Notes: generated by a model not told the origin, from the sequence alone. 37,605 nucleotides of DNA from Thermoanaerobaculia bacterium (GCA_049581965.1 JBAUSZ010000228.1:1-37605), one strand, 5' to 3'. Counted from the stretch's first letter, positions 19,758 through 27,490 are shown. Translations and numbers: made by a program.

Positions 19758-20728
19758 GGAAGACCCTCGCCGCCCTCGGCATCCTGGCGGCGCTGGCGCT
19801 CCTCGTCGCACTTCCGAAGCTCGTTTCGAGTTACAAGCTCCTGACCTACACGCGCTTCCTCCTCCTCGCGCTCACGGCGCAGGGCTGGAATTTCATCGGC
19901 GGGTACACGGGCTACGCGGCGTTCGGGAACGTGGCGTACTTCGGGATCGGCGCCTACACGACGGGCCTCCTCATGCTCGGGAAATGGCACGTTCCGTTTT
20001 TCCCGGCGCTCGCGGCCGGCGCGCTCCTCGCAGCCCTCGTCGCGATTCTTCTCGGGCTCCCGATCCTCCGCCTCAAGGGCCACTACTTCGCGATCGCGAC
20101 GCTCGGCGTCGCCGAGGCCCTCTCCCAGGTCGCCGACACGTGGGACAGCGTGACGGAGGGCTCCACGGGCATCGACCTGCCCATCAAGAGCGAGGGGGAG
20201 TTCTTCTACTACACCGCCCTCGTGTTCGTCCTCATCGGGCTTCTCGCCACTTGGCTCTTTTCGCGGTCGAAGCTCGGCTACGGCTGCGTCGCGATCCGCG
20301 AAGACCAGGACGCGGCCCGGATGCTCGGGATCAATACGACGCTCTACAAGGTCGCCGCGTATGCGATCTCGGCCGTCTTCGCCGCCGTCTCGGGCGGCAT
20401 CACGGCTTACCAGAACATTCACGTGACGCCCGGCGACTTCTTCAAGATCGACTACACGCTCCAGATGATCATCGCGACGATCATCGGCGGGGTCGGGACC
20501 GTCGTCGGCCCGGTCCTCGGAGCGGGCGTCTACCAGCTCCTCTCGACGTACGTCTGGGGCAAGTTCATCGAGCTCCACCCGACGGTTCTCGGCCTCATCA
20601 TCGTGTTCTTCATCGTCTTCCTGCCGCGCGGCCTGATGACCGTGATCTCTCGCAGGCGCAAGAGCGGCGAGCGGCCGTTCCGGGCCTCCGACCTCCTCGC
20701 CAACGTGCGCGCGCACCGCGTGACGTGA
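19754..20728 (+). CDS. ABC permease, LivM family (system 2)
   Basis: This is the real part of track ORF 18980..20728. TTG at 19754 overlaps the previous stop (TTGA). [30 protein letters not shown] and AIREDQDAARMLGINT. Confidence 0.8.
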   Translation: MRKTLAALGILAALALLVALPKLVSSYKLLTYTRFLLLALTAQGWNFIGGYTGYAAFGNVAYFGIGAYTTGLLMLGKWHVPFFPALAAGALLAALVAILLGLPILRLKGHYFAIATLGVAEALSQVADTWDSVTEGSTGIDLPIKSEGEFFYYTALVFVLIGLLATWLFSRSKLGYGCVAIREDQDAARMLGINTTLYKVAAYAISAVFAAVSGGITAYQNIHVTPGDFFKIDYTLQMIIATIIGGVGTVVGPVLGAGVYQLLSTYVWGKFIELHPTVLGLIIVFFIVFLPRGLMTVISRRRKSGERPFRASDLLANVRAHRVT

Positions 20729-22290
20729 TGAGCGCGGTTCCGGTCCCGCCGCCCCGGATCTCCGAGGAGCCGATCCTCGTCGCGACGGGGATCACGAAGA
20801 AGTTCGGTGGCCTCGCGGCGGTCGACGGCGTCGATCTCTCGATTCGCCGCGGCGAGATCCTCGGGGTCCTCGGGCCGAACGGAGCCGGGAAGACGACGTT
20901 CGTGAACTGCATGACGGGCCTCGACAAGCCCACTTCCGGGTCGATCGTCTTCAACGGGCGGGACATCACGAGGACGCCGAGCTTCCGGATCGGCCACCTC
21001 GGGATGGCGCGGACGTTCCAGGTCGTCAAGCCGCTGCGCCAGCTGACGGTCCGCGAGAACGTCGCGACGGGCGCCATGTTCGGCGCCCGAGGCCGCGAGC
21101 GCACGGCCGCGCAGGCTCGCTCCTACGCCGACGAGGTCCTCGCGCGCGTCGCGCTCGCCGACAAGCGCGACCGGACCGCGACCGAGCTCACGATCCCAGA
21201 CCTCAAGCGCCTCGAGCTCGCGAAGGCTCTTGCGATGGACCCGCATCTTCTCTTTCTCGACGAGGTGATGGCGGGATTGAACGCCTCGGAGATCGAGAAG
21301 GCGATGGAGCTCATCCTCTCGATCAACCGGAGCGGCGTCACGATCTTCGTGATCGAGCACGTCATGAAGGCGATCATGGGGATCTCGGACCGCCTCGTCG
21401 TCCTCCACTACGGGCGCAAGATCGCCGAGGGTTTGCCCAAGGAGATCGTCGAAAGCCCCGACGTCATCGAGGCCTACCTCGGCGAGCGCTTCGCGCAGCG
21501 CGCCCGGGCCACCGCGGACGAGGGCGCGGTTTTCGTGCCATCCGGAGAGTTCCGCCGGGCTCCGCCCGCGGCGGCGGGCGACGTCGTTCTTTCGGTCAAG
21601 GGCCTCTCGGCCGGCTACGGCGAAGTCCAGATCCTGCGCGACGTCTCCCTCGAGGTGAAGGAAAAGGAGATCGTCGCCCTCATCGGCGCGAACGGCGCGG
21701 GCAAGACGACGCTCCTCTACACGCTCTCGCAGCTCCTCAGGCCGATGGGCGGGACGATCTCCTTCGCCGGACACGACATCACGGCGGCCCGGCCCGAGGA
21801 GATCGTCCGCGCCGGAATCGTGCACGTGCCGCAGGGCAGGCGCCTCTTCTCGGGGCTCACCGTCAAGGAGAACCTTCTCCAGGGCGCGTACTCGAGAAAG
21901 CACGCTACCGAGACCGAGCGGGATCTCGAGTGGGTGTTCGAGCTCCTTCCTCGCCTGAGGGAACGCGCGGCCCAGCTCGCGGGTCGGCTCTCCGGAGGAG
22001 AGCAGCAGATGTGCGCGATCGGCCGCGGCCTCATGGGCCGCCCCCGCCTCCTTCTCATCGACGAGCTGTCCCTCGGCCTGGCGCCTCTCGTCGTGGACCA
22101 CCTCCTCGACCTCATCTCCCGCATCAACGAGAAGGGCACGACGGTCCTCCTCGTCGAGCAGGACGTCCAGGTCGCCCTCGAGCACGCCCACCGCGCCTAC
22201 GTCCTCGAGACGGGCCGCGTCGTCCAATCCGGCCCGGCGAGAGAGCTCCTCGACGACCCGCGCATCCGGCAGGCCTACCTCGGGCTGTGA
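20728..22290 (+). CDS. fused tandem ABC ATPase (LivG-like NBD + linker + LivF-like NBD in one 520-aa polypeptide)
   Basis: ATG at 20728 overlaps the livM-like stop (ATGA-type overlap). NBD1 has KKFGGLAAV, GPNGAGKTT, LLFLDE and VIEAYLGE. The linker is RFAQRARATADEGAVFVPSGEFRRAPPAAAGD (about 21484..21582). NBD2 has GANGAGKTT, LSGGEQQM, LLLIDE and IRQAYLGL. The track shows one uninterrupted frame. Confidence 0.8.
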   Translation: MSAVPVPPPRISEEPILVATGITKKFGGLAAVDGVDLSIRRGEILGVLGPNGAGKTTFVNCMTGLDKPTSGSIVFNGRDITRTPSFRIGHLGMARTFQVVKPLRQLTVRENVATGAMFGARGRERTAAQARSYADEVLARVALADKRDRTATELTIPDLKRLELAKALAMDPHLLFLDEVMAGLNASEIEKAMELILSINRSGVTIFVIEHVMKAIMGISDRLVVLHYGRKIAEGLPKEIVESPDVIEAYLGERFAQRARATADEGAVFVPSGEFRRAPPAAAGDVVLSVKGLSAGYGEVQILRDVSLEVKEKEIVALIGANGAGKTTLLYTLSQLLRPMGGTISFAGHDITAARPEEIVRAGIVHVPQGRRLFSGLTVKENLLQGAYSRKHATETERDLEWVFELLPRLRERAAQLAGRLSGGEQQMCAIGRGLMGRPRLLLIDELSLGLAPLVVDHLLDLISRINEKGTTVLLVEQDVQVALEHAHRAYVLETGRVVQSGPARELLDDPRIRQAYLGL

Positions 22291-22297
22291 CGCCGGG

Positions 22298-23455
22298 ATG
22301 AGCGGCCGGCGCTCCGAATCAAGGCTCGCACTCTTCGCCCTGTTCTTCGCCTCCGTTGCCGTGTTCGCGGACCTCTACGTGACGCAGCCGATCCTGCCGC
22401 TCCTCTCGCACGAGTTCGCGGTGCCGGCGCCGACGGCGGCTCTGACGCTCTCGGTCGTCGTCCTCATGATCGCCCTCGTCTCGAACGCCTACGGCCCCCT
22501 CGGCGACGCCTGGGGGCGCAAGCCCGTCATGGTCGCGAGCTGTTTCGCTCTCGCCGTCCCGACGCTGCTCTGCGCCGTCGCCCCGACCTTTCCCGTGCTG
22601 GTCGCCCTGCGGGCGCTGCAGGGCCTCCTCATGCCGGGCGTCGCGGCCGTGGCGGTCGCCTACATCGGGGACGAGTACGCCGGAGCCGCTCTCGGGCCCG
22701 CGGTGGGCAGCTACGTCGCCGCCTCAGTCCTCGGCGGCCTCACGGGCCGGGTCGCGAGCGGCTGGATCGCGAGCCACTTCAGCTGGAGGGGGCCGTTCCT
22801 CGTCTTCGGCCTCGTGACCCTCGCGGGCGCCGCGGGGATGGCACTCCATCTCCCCGCCACGCCCCGCGGAAGGTCCCGGTCCATCGGAACCGCGTTCCGG
22901 GAGATGGCGGGCCACCTGAAGGACCGGAGGATCGTGGGCGGCCTCCTGATCGGCGCGTCGGTTTTCTTCGGCTTCATCGCGATCTTCACGTACCTGCCGT
23001 ATTACCTCACGGCGCCCCCGTTCAACCTCTCCACCGCGAAGGTCTCGGGCGTCTACCTCGTCTACGTAGCCGGCATCGGAACGTCCTGGCTGGCCGGCCG
23101 GGCCTCGGAACGGTTCGGCCGGCGGGCGATCATGGCCGGAGGCTTCCTCGTGGCGGCGGCCGCGGCCCTCGGGACGCTCGCCGCCTCGATCGCCGGCATC
23201 GTCCTGAGCCTCGTGGCCCTCTGCGTCGGGATGTTCATGGTCCAGGGCACCGCCCCCGCCTTCGTCAACGCGACCGCCCGCGAGGCCAAGGGAGGGGCCG
23301 GGGCCCTCTACACCACGTTCTATTACCTCGGGGCCGCCTTTGGCTCCGTCCTGCCCGGATACGCCTGGCAGGCCTGGGGATGGCCGGGGGTCGTGGGCGC
23401 CTGCCTGGCGTCTTTTGCGGCCGGGCTCCTGTCCGTTGTCTTCCTTTGCGCGTAA
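22298..23455 (+). CDS. MFS transporter (12-TM type)
   Basis: 385 aa, highly hydrophobic throughout. MFS loop motif GPLGDAWGRKPVM between TM2 and TM3, repeated as GRASERFGRRAIM in the second half. Confidence 0.8.
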   Translation: MSGRRSESRLALFALFFASVAVFADLYVTQPILPLLSHEFAVPAPTAALTLSVVVLMIALVSNAYGPLGDAWGRKPVMVASCFALAVPTLLCAVAPTFPVLVALRALQGLLMPGVAAVAVAYIGDEYAGAALGPAVGSYVAASVLGGLTGRVASGWIASHFSWRGPFLVFGLVTLAGAAGMALHLPATPRGRSRSIGTAFREMAGHLKDRRIVGGLLIGASVFFGFIAIFTYLPYYLTAPPFNLSTAKVSGVYLVYVAGIGTSWLAGRASERFGRRAIMAGGFLVAAAAALGTLAASIAGIVLSLVALCVGMFMVQGTAPAFVNATAREAKGGAGALYTTFYYLGAAFGSVLPGYAWQAWGWPGVVGACLASFAAGLLSVVFLCA

Positions 23456-23480
23456 ACACGCCGGGCCTTTCGGCAAACGA

Positions 23481-23508
23481 TTGACAGGTCGCCCGGTTGG
23501 ACTATCCT
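23481..23508 (+). promoter_or_regulatory. putative sigma70-type promoter of the porin gene
   Basis: TTGACA (23481..23486), a 16-nt spacer, then TATCCT (23503..23508). It lies about 43 nt upstream of the ATG at 23551, in the gap after the MFS gene. Confidence 0.45.
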
Positions 23509-23550
23509 CTAGCTACGCTTAACGACCGGCCGAAGAGGAGACTCTTTCTC

Positions 23551-24735
23551 ATGCCGATTTGCGCGCACCCCGCACCCCGGAGGACCGGTTCCGCACTGCT
23601 CGCCGCGTCCCTACTGCTCCTGCTCGGCGCTGCCTCCCCGGCCGCCGCGCAGGCCTTGGTCAAGGTCAACGACAACATCAACTTCAAGCTCGGCTTCCTG
23701 ATCCAACCTCAGATGGACTGGCAGGAAACCGCCAACGCGACGAAGGACGCGTCGGCGGGCTACCAGCAGAACATCCTGCTTCGGCGCATCCGATTCCTGA
23801 TCGGCGGACAGGTGGCAAAGAACCTCTTCTTTTTCGCCGAGACCGAGAACATCAACCTCGGGAAGTCCACGCAGGCCGTCGGCGCGACCGCCGGGGCAAA
23901 GTCCCCCGGCACCGGGTTCAGCCTCCTCGACGCGGCGGGCGAGTGGCGCATCGCGAAGGAGTTCAACATCCAGTTCGGCGAAATCCGGTCGCCGGTCAGC
24001 CGCGAGGGCCTCAAGAGCAGCCCGAACCAGCTCATGCTCGACCTCTCCGCATATGCCTTCCTGGCGAGCACGGCCCTCCAGAACCAGTCGGGCCGCGACA
24101 CGGGCGTCATGCTCCGCGGCTGGTTCTTCTGCGATCGCCTCGAGTACCGGTCTGCGATCTTTGGCGGCTTCCGGCAGCCCGGCGTCAAGAACTCGCCGCG
24201 GTTCGTCGAACGCCTCCAGTACAACTTCTTCGACACCGAGGTCTACAACATGCCGTCCTACCTCGGCGTGAACTACGGCAACAAGAAGATCCTCGCAGTG
24301 GGCGCGGCTTTCGACACCCAGGGTGACTACCGGTTCGGATCCGCCGATCTCTACCTGGACGTGCCGGTCGGCGTCGGCTCGTTCGAGTCCACGGTCCAGT
24401 ACCAGTACGCGAACGGCGGCAAGTTCCTCACCTCGCTCCCCGAGCAGAGCACGTTCCAGGTCGAAGCGGGGGTCTACATCAAGAAGATCAAGCTCGCGCC
24501 GGTCGTTCGTTACGAGCAGAAGACGTTCACGCAAGCGGCCCTCGAGTTCCAAAACGAGAACCGCTACGCCGTCGGCCTGAACTACTACCCCTACCCGAAG
24601 TCGGAGAGCAACTTCAACATCAAGTTCTGGTGGCAGCGCGTCGGGACCCGGTGCGCGACGAACGCAAACCCCTGCCCCGCGACGCCGTATGCGACGAACC
24701 AGTTCACGGTCCAGATGCAGGCCTACTACTTCTGA
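23551..24735 (+). CDS. outer-membrane beta-barrel porin-like protein
   Basis: I prefer the ATG at 23551, behind RBS GAGGAG. Signal peptide MPICAHPAPRRTGSALLAASLLLLLGAASPAAAQA. Amphipathic strands alternate along the protein, it is rich in Y/F/N/G, and its C-terminus QMQAYYF ends in the terminal aromatic residue typical of OMPs. The exact porin family is not resolved by eye. Confidence 0.7.
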   Translation: MPICAHPAPRRTGSALLAASLLLLLGAASPAAAQALVKVNDNINFKLGFLIQPQMDWQETANATKDASAGYQQNILLRRIRFLIGGQVAKNLFFFAETENINLGKSTQAVGATAGAKSPGTGFSLLDAAGEWRIAKEFNIQFGEIRSPVSREGLKSSPNQLMLDLSAYAFLASTALQNQSGRDTGVMLRGWFFCDRLEYRSAIFGGFRQPGVKNSPRFVERLQYNFFDTEVYNMPSYLGVNYGNKKILAVGAAFDTQGDYRFGSADLYLDVPVGVGSFESTVQYQYANGGKFLTSLPEQSTFQVEAGVYIKKIKLAPVVRYEQKTFTQAALEFQNENRYAVGLNYYPYPKSESNFNIKFWWQRVGTRCATNANPCPATPYATNQFTVQMQAYYF

Positions 24736-24770
24736 TTCCGGCACGGCCCGCGCTTTTCAAGCGAGACCGC

Positions 24771-24800
24771 CCGCCCCTCTCCGGAGGGGCGGTTCCATTC
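24771..24800 (+). terminator. intrinsic terminator after the porin gene
   Basis: CCGCCCCTC (24771..24779), loop TCCG, GAGGGGCGG (24784..24792), then TTCCATTC. The 9-bp stem is perfect and GC-rich, but the T tract is imperfect. Confidence 0.55.
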
Positions 24801-24811
24801 TGGAGGAAGAC

Positions 24812-26026
24812 ATGATCCCGATCCGCAGCCCCCGGGTTCTCGCCATCCTCGCCGCCGCGCTCCTCGCCGCCTTTCCCGCCCGCTCGGAGGACGAGATCCG
24901 TCTCGGCGCCGTCCTGCCCGTGACCGGAAAGGAGTCGAAAATCGGCGGCGCGTACAAGCAGGCCACGGAATTCGCCGTCAAGGAAATGAACGACGCAGGC
25001 GGCCTCGACGTGGGCGGGAAGAAGATGAAGGTCGACCTGCGCCTCCTCGACGACACGTCCGAGGCGAGCAAGAGCGCCCAGCTCGTCGAGCAGCTCATGG
25101 CCCAGCAGAAGGTCCACGCGGTCGTCGGCGGATACGGCTCGCAGCTCGTCCAGGCCCAGAGCGTCGTCCCGGACCGCTACGGGATCCCGTACGTCGCGGG
25201 CGGCGCGGGCGCGACGAGCATCTACGGGCGGAGCAAGTGGGTCTTCGGAACGCTCTCCCCCGTCGAGAACCTCGCGACGACGCAGATGGAGTTCCTCTCG
25301 GATCTCGTCAGGGAGGGAAAGCTCAAGCCCCCGCTCAAGATCTCGATCGTCTGGGAGAACACGGAACACGGGAAGGACTTCCAGAAGGGGATCCACGACT
25401 TCGTCAAGGCGCACCCGAAGGAGTTCTCCGTCGCCCTCGACGAGAGCTTCGAGATGTACGCGGCGGACTTCAAGCCACTCCTCTCGCGTGTCCAGAACGC
25501 CAGGACCGACCTCTTCATGTGCGACGCGCACCTCGAGGACTACATCTCGATGCAGCGGACGTACACGCAGATGGGTCTCTACCACCAGATGGTGACGTAT
25601 GGCGCCCGCGGCTCGGACGAGGCGGCCCGCAAGGGGCTCGGTGCCGCGACGGATTACATCTTTGCGAGCGGCTGGTGGTCCGACCTGCTCCCCTATCCGC
25701 AGGTGAAGGCCTTCACGGAGAAGTACAAGGCCGGAACGGGCACGAAGCCGCAGTGGTACCACGCCTGCGCGTACGAGACCGTGCGCGCGATCTTCGCGGC
25801 GATCCGCAAGGCCGGGTCGCTCAAGCCGGACGCGATCCGCGCGGCCCTCGCGTCGCTCGAGATCAAAGACTCGATCCTTCCCGGTGGGATCTACAAGTTC
25901 AGCAAGACCGGCCAGGCCATCCTCCCGTTCGTCGTGACGCAGAACAAGCCGGAGGGTAAGCTCGACCTCGTGTGGCCGAAGGACGCCCGCACGGGCCCGC
26001 CGGTAGCGCCCATCCCCAGGGGCTGA
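24812..26026 (+). CDS. orphan ABC substrate-binding protein, LivJ/Peripla_BP_6 family
   Basis: This is the real part of track ORF 24689..26026. ATG at 24812 sits behind RBS GGAGGA. Signal peptide MIPIRSPRVLAILAAALLAAFPARS, then IRLGAVLPVTGKESKIGGAYKQATEFAVKEMNDAGG. No permease or ATPase genes are adjacent. Confidence 0.85.
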   Translation: MIPIRSPRVLAILAAALLAAFPARSEDEIRLGAVLPVTGKESKIGGAYKQATEFAVKEMNDAGGLDVGGKKMKVDLRLLDDTSEASKSAQLVEQLMAQQKVHAVVGGYGSQLVQAQSVVPDRYGIPYVAGGAGATSIYGRSKWVFGTLSPVENLATTQMEFLSDLVREGKLKPPLKISIVWENTEHGKDFQKGIHDFVKAHPKEFSVALDESFEMYAADFKPLLSRVQNARTDLFMCDAHLEDYISMQRTYTQMGLYHQMVTYGARGSDEAARKGLGAATDYIFASGWWSDLLPYPQVKAFTEKYKAGTGTKPQWYHACAYETVRAIFAAIRKAGSLKPDAIRAALASLEIKDSILPGGIYKFSKTGQAILPFVVTQNKPEGKLDLVWPKDARTGPPVAPIPRG

Positions 26027-26261
26027 CCTCTCGGCAGGGACCGGTCCCTTCGCGACGTGGGACTTCTGCAGCCAGTGCAACCACGTCTCCCTGCCTACCC
26101 TCGGCTGGTTCGAGCTCGAGGAGGTCAGTTCCCTGGCCCTGTTCTCGTCCCGCGGGACACCTCGCCTGAGGCCCGGGCTTTGCCCGCAATGCCTCGGCCT
26201 GATGCGTGCCGCCATGGCCGCCCAGCGCCATCCGAAGGACGGTTGGCCCGGTATACGATAG
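26007..26261 (+). other. start-less coding-like frame with CxxC...CxxC (possible small zinc-ribbon protein, frameshifted gene or remnant)
   Basis: I translated frame 0 by hand: ...WDFCSQCNHVSLPTLGWFELEEVSSLALFSSRGTPRLRPGLCPQCLGLMRAAMAAQRHPKDGWPGIR*, with the stop TAG at 26259..26261. GC3 is about as high as in the real genes and the composition is protein-like. No ATG, GTG or TTG lies in frame before the first CxxC. GTG at 26057 is out of frame by one base across a GGG run. Confidence 0.3.
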
Positions 26262-26292
26262 CGGCTTATCCCGGAAGCCAGCCCACGCCTCG

Positions 26293-27282
26293 ATGAAGAG
26301 CCCGCCGTACCCCGCCATCGTGACTCAGAGCGACCGGATGCAGGCGCTCCTCGCGCGGATGCCGACGCTGGCCGAGTCGGACAGCCCCGTCCTCCTCCTC
26401 GGCGAGACCGGCGTCGGCAAGGAGCTCTTCGCCGACACGGTCCACCGGCTCAGCCCCCGGCGCGACGGACCCCTCGTGAAGATCTCCCTCTCGGCCGTTC
26501 CCCACGAACTCCTCGAGAGCGAGCTCTTCGGGCACGAGCGGGGCGCCTTCACGCACGCCGTCCAGGCCAAGAAGGGTCTTTTCGAGATGGCCGACGGCGG
26601 GACGATCTTCCTCGACGACGTGGACGACGTCCCTTCCTCCATCCAGCCGAAGCTCCTCCGGGTCCTCGAGTCGCACGAGGTCATGCGCGTCGGGGCGACC
26701 GCCACCCTGCCGATCGACGTCCGCCTCGTCAGCGCCTCCAAGGTCAACCTGAAGGACCTCGTCGACCGGGGCCTCTTCCGGGCCGACCTCTACTACCGCC
26801 TCAACGTCGTCCCGGTCGAGATTCCTCCCCTCCGGCTCCGCCCCGAGGACGTGCCCCTCCTCGCGGGCCACTTTCTGCAGCGCTTCGCGCCGGGAAAAGG
26901 GCTGCGACTCTCCACGGGCGCGGTGCAGGCTCTCGAGCGTTACCACTGGCCGGGCAACGTCCGGGAGCTCCGCAACGTCATCCAGAGGATCTCGCTCTTC
27001 GCCACGGACGAGATCAGCCTCGAGGATCTTCCTCCCGAGATCCTGGACGGAAACCCGATGGAGCTCCTCGCCCGCGCCTGCGCGCGCTGCTTTTCCGAGC
27101 AATCCCTCTCCTTTGGCGAAGTCGTGGAGTGCCTCGAGACGAACCTTCTGCGGCAGGCCCTGAAGGACGCAGGCGGGAACCGGAGCCGCGCCGCCCGGGC
27201 GCTCGGCCTCTCGCTCTCCACGATGCGGGACAAGCTCAAGAAGTACGGCCTCGACGGCGGCGCCGACCTCGACATCGACTGA
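26293..27282 (+). CDS. sigma54-dependent transcriptional activator lacking any N-terminal sensory/receiver domain (AAA+ domain + Fis-type HTH only)
   Basis: I prefer the ATG at 26293, because the upstream part of track ORF 26206 has poor GC3 and overlaps the better frame-0 ORF. Walker A GETGVGKE (26401..26424), GAFT loop ERGAFTHA (26542..26559), FRADLYYRLNVVPVEIPPLRLRPEDV, WPGNVRELRNVIQR and C-terminal HTH NRSRAARALGLSLSTMRDKLKKYGL. Confidence 0.85.
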   Translation: MKSPPYPAIVTQSDRMQALLARMPTLAESDSPVLLLGETGVGKELFADTVHRLSPRRDGPLVKISLSAVPHELLESELFGHERGAFTHAVQAKKGLFEMADGGTIFLDDVDDVPSSIQPKLLRVLESHEVMRVGATATLPIDVRLVSASKVNLKDLVDRGLFRADLYYRLNVVPVEIPPLRLRPEDVPLLAGHFLQRFAPGKGLRLSTGAVQALERYHWPGNVRELRNVIQRISLFATDEISLEDLPPEILDGNPMELLARACARCFSEQSLSFGEVVECLETNLLRQALKDAGGNRSRAARALGLSLSTMRDKLKKYGLDGGADLDID

Positions 27283-27312
27283 CCCTCCGCTCCGCCGAAT
27301 GCAATAACGCAC

Positions 27313-27350
27313 TTCGCGGAAAACCGCGAAACCTCGCGGGATTCCGCGAG
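27313..27350. promoter_or_regulatory. two tandem 18-bp dyad repeats (candidate enhancer/UAS sites)
   Basis: TTCGCGG-AAAA-CCGCGAA (27313..27330) and CTCGCGG-GATT-CCGCGAG (27333..27350). Both are perfect inverted repeats with centres 20 bp apart. They lie 107-144 bp upstream of the -24/-12 element. Extra half-sites are CCGCGAA at 27391..27397 and TTCGCG at 27417..27422. Confidence 0.5.
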
Positions 27351-27456
27351 CAGGTCTCCGCCCCGTCCGGACCCTTCCGCACCGCTCCACCCGCGAAACC
27401 GCCGCCAATCGAGCATTTCGCGTGCGGCCGTCCCGCTTCGTCTGCCTGCGAGCAGC

Positions 27457-27472
27457 TGGCGCCAGGATTGCA
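27457..27472 (+). promoter_or_regulatory. sigma54 (-24/-12) promoter
   Basis: TGGCGC-CAGGA-TTGCA compares with the consensus TGGCAC-N5-TTGCW. The GG and GC dinucleotides have the correct spacing. It faces the hydrogenase genes and lies 175 bp downstream of the activator gene. Confidence 0.6.
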
Positions 27473-27490
27473 GCGTCCTCGGCAGGCAAA

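Noticed and set aside
24739-24754. Sigma54-like element CGGCACG-GCCC-GCGCT (GG-N10-GC spacing) after the porin gene
   Set aside because: The -12 half is poor (GCGC rather than TTGC). The element also lies upstream of the porin terminator hairpin (24771..24792), so a transcript starting there would be terminated at once. It is probably chance in GC-rich DNA.
27422-27490. GTG at 27422 as the start of the small ORF, giving the 110-aa version in the track
   Set aside because: It lies upstream of, and spans, the -24/-12 promoter element. The first 23 codons (RPSRFVCLRAAGARIAASSAGK) look non-coding. In-frame GTGs downstream of the promoter are more plausible starts.
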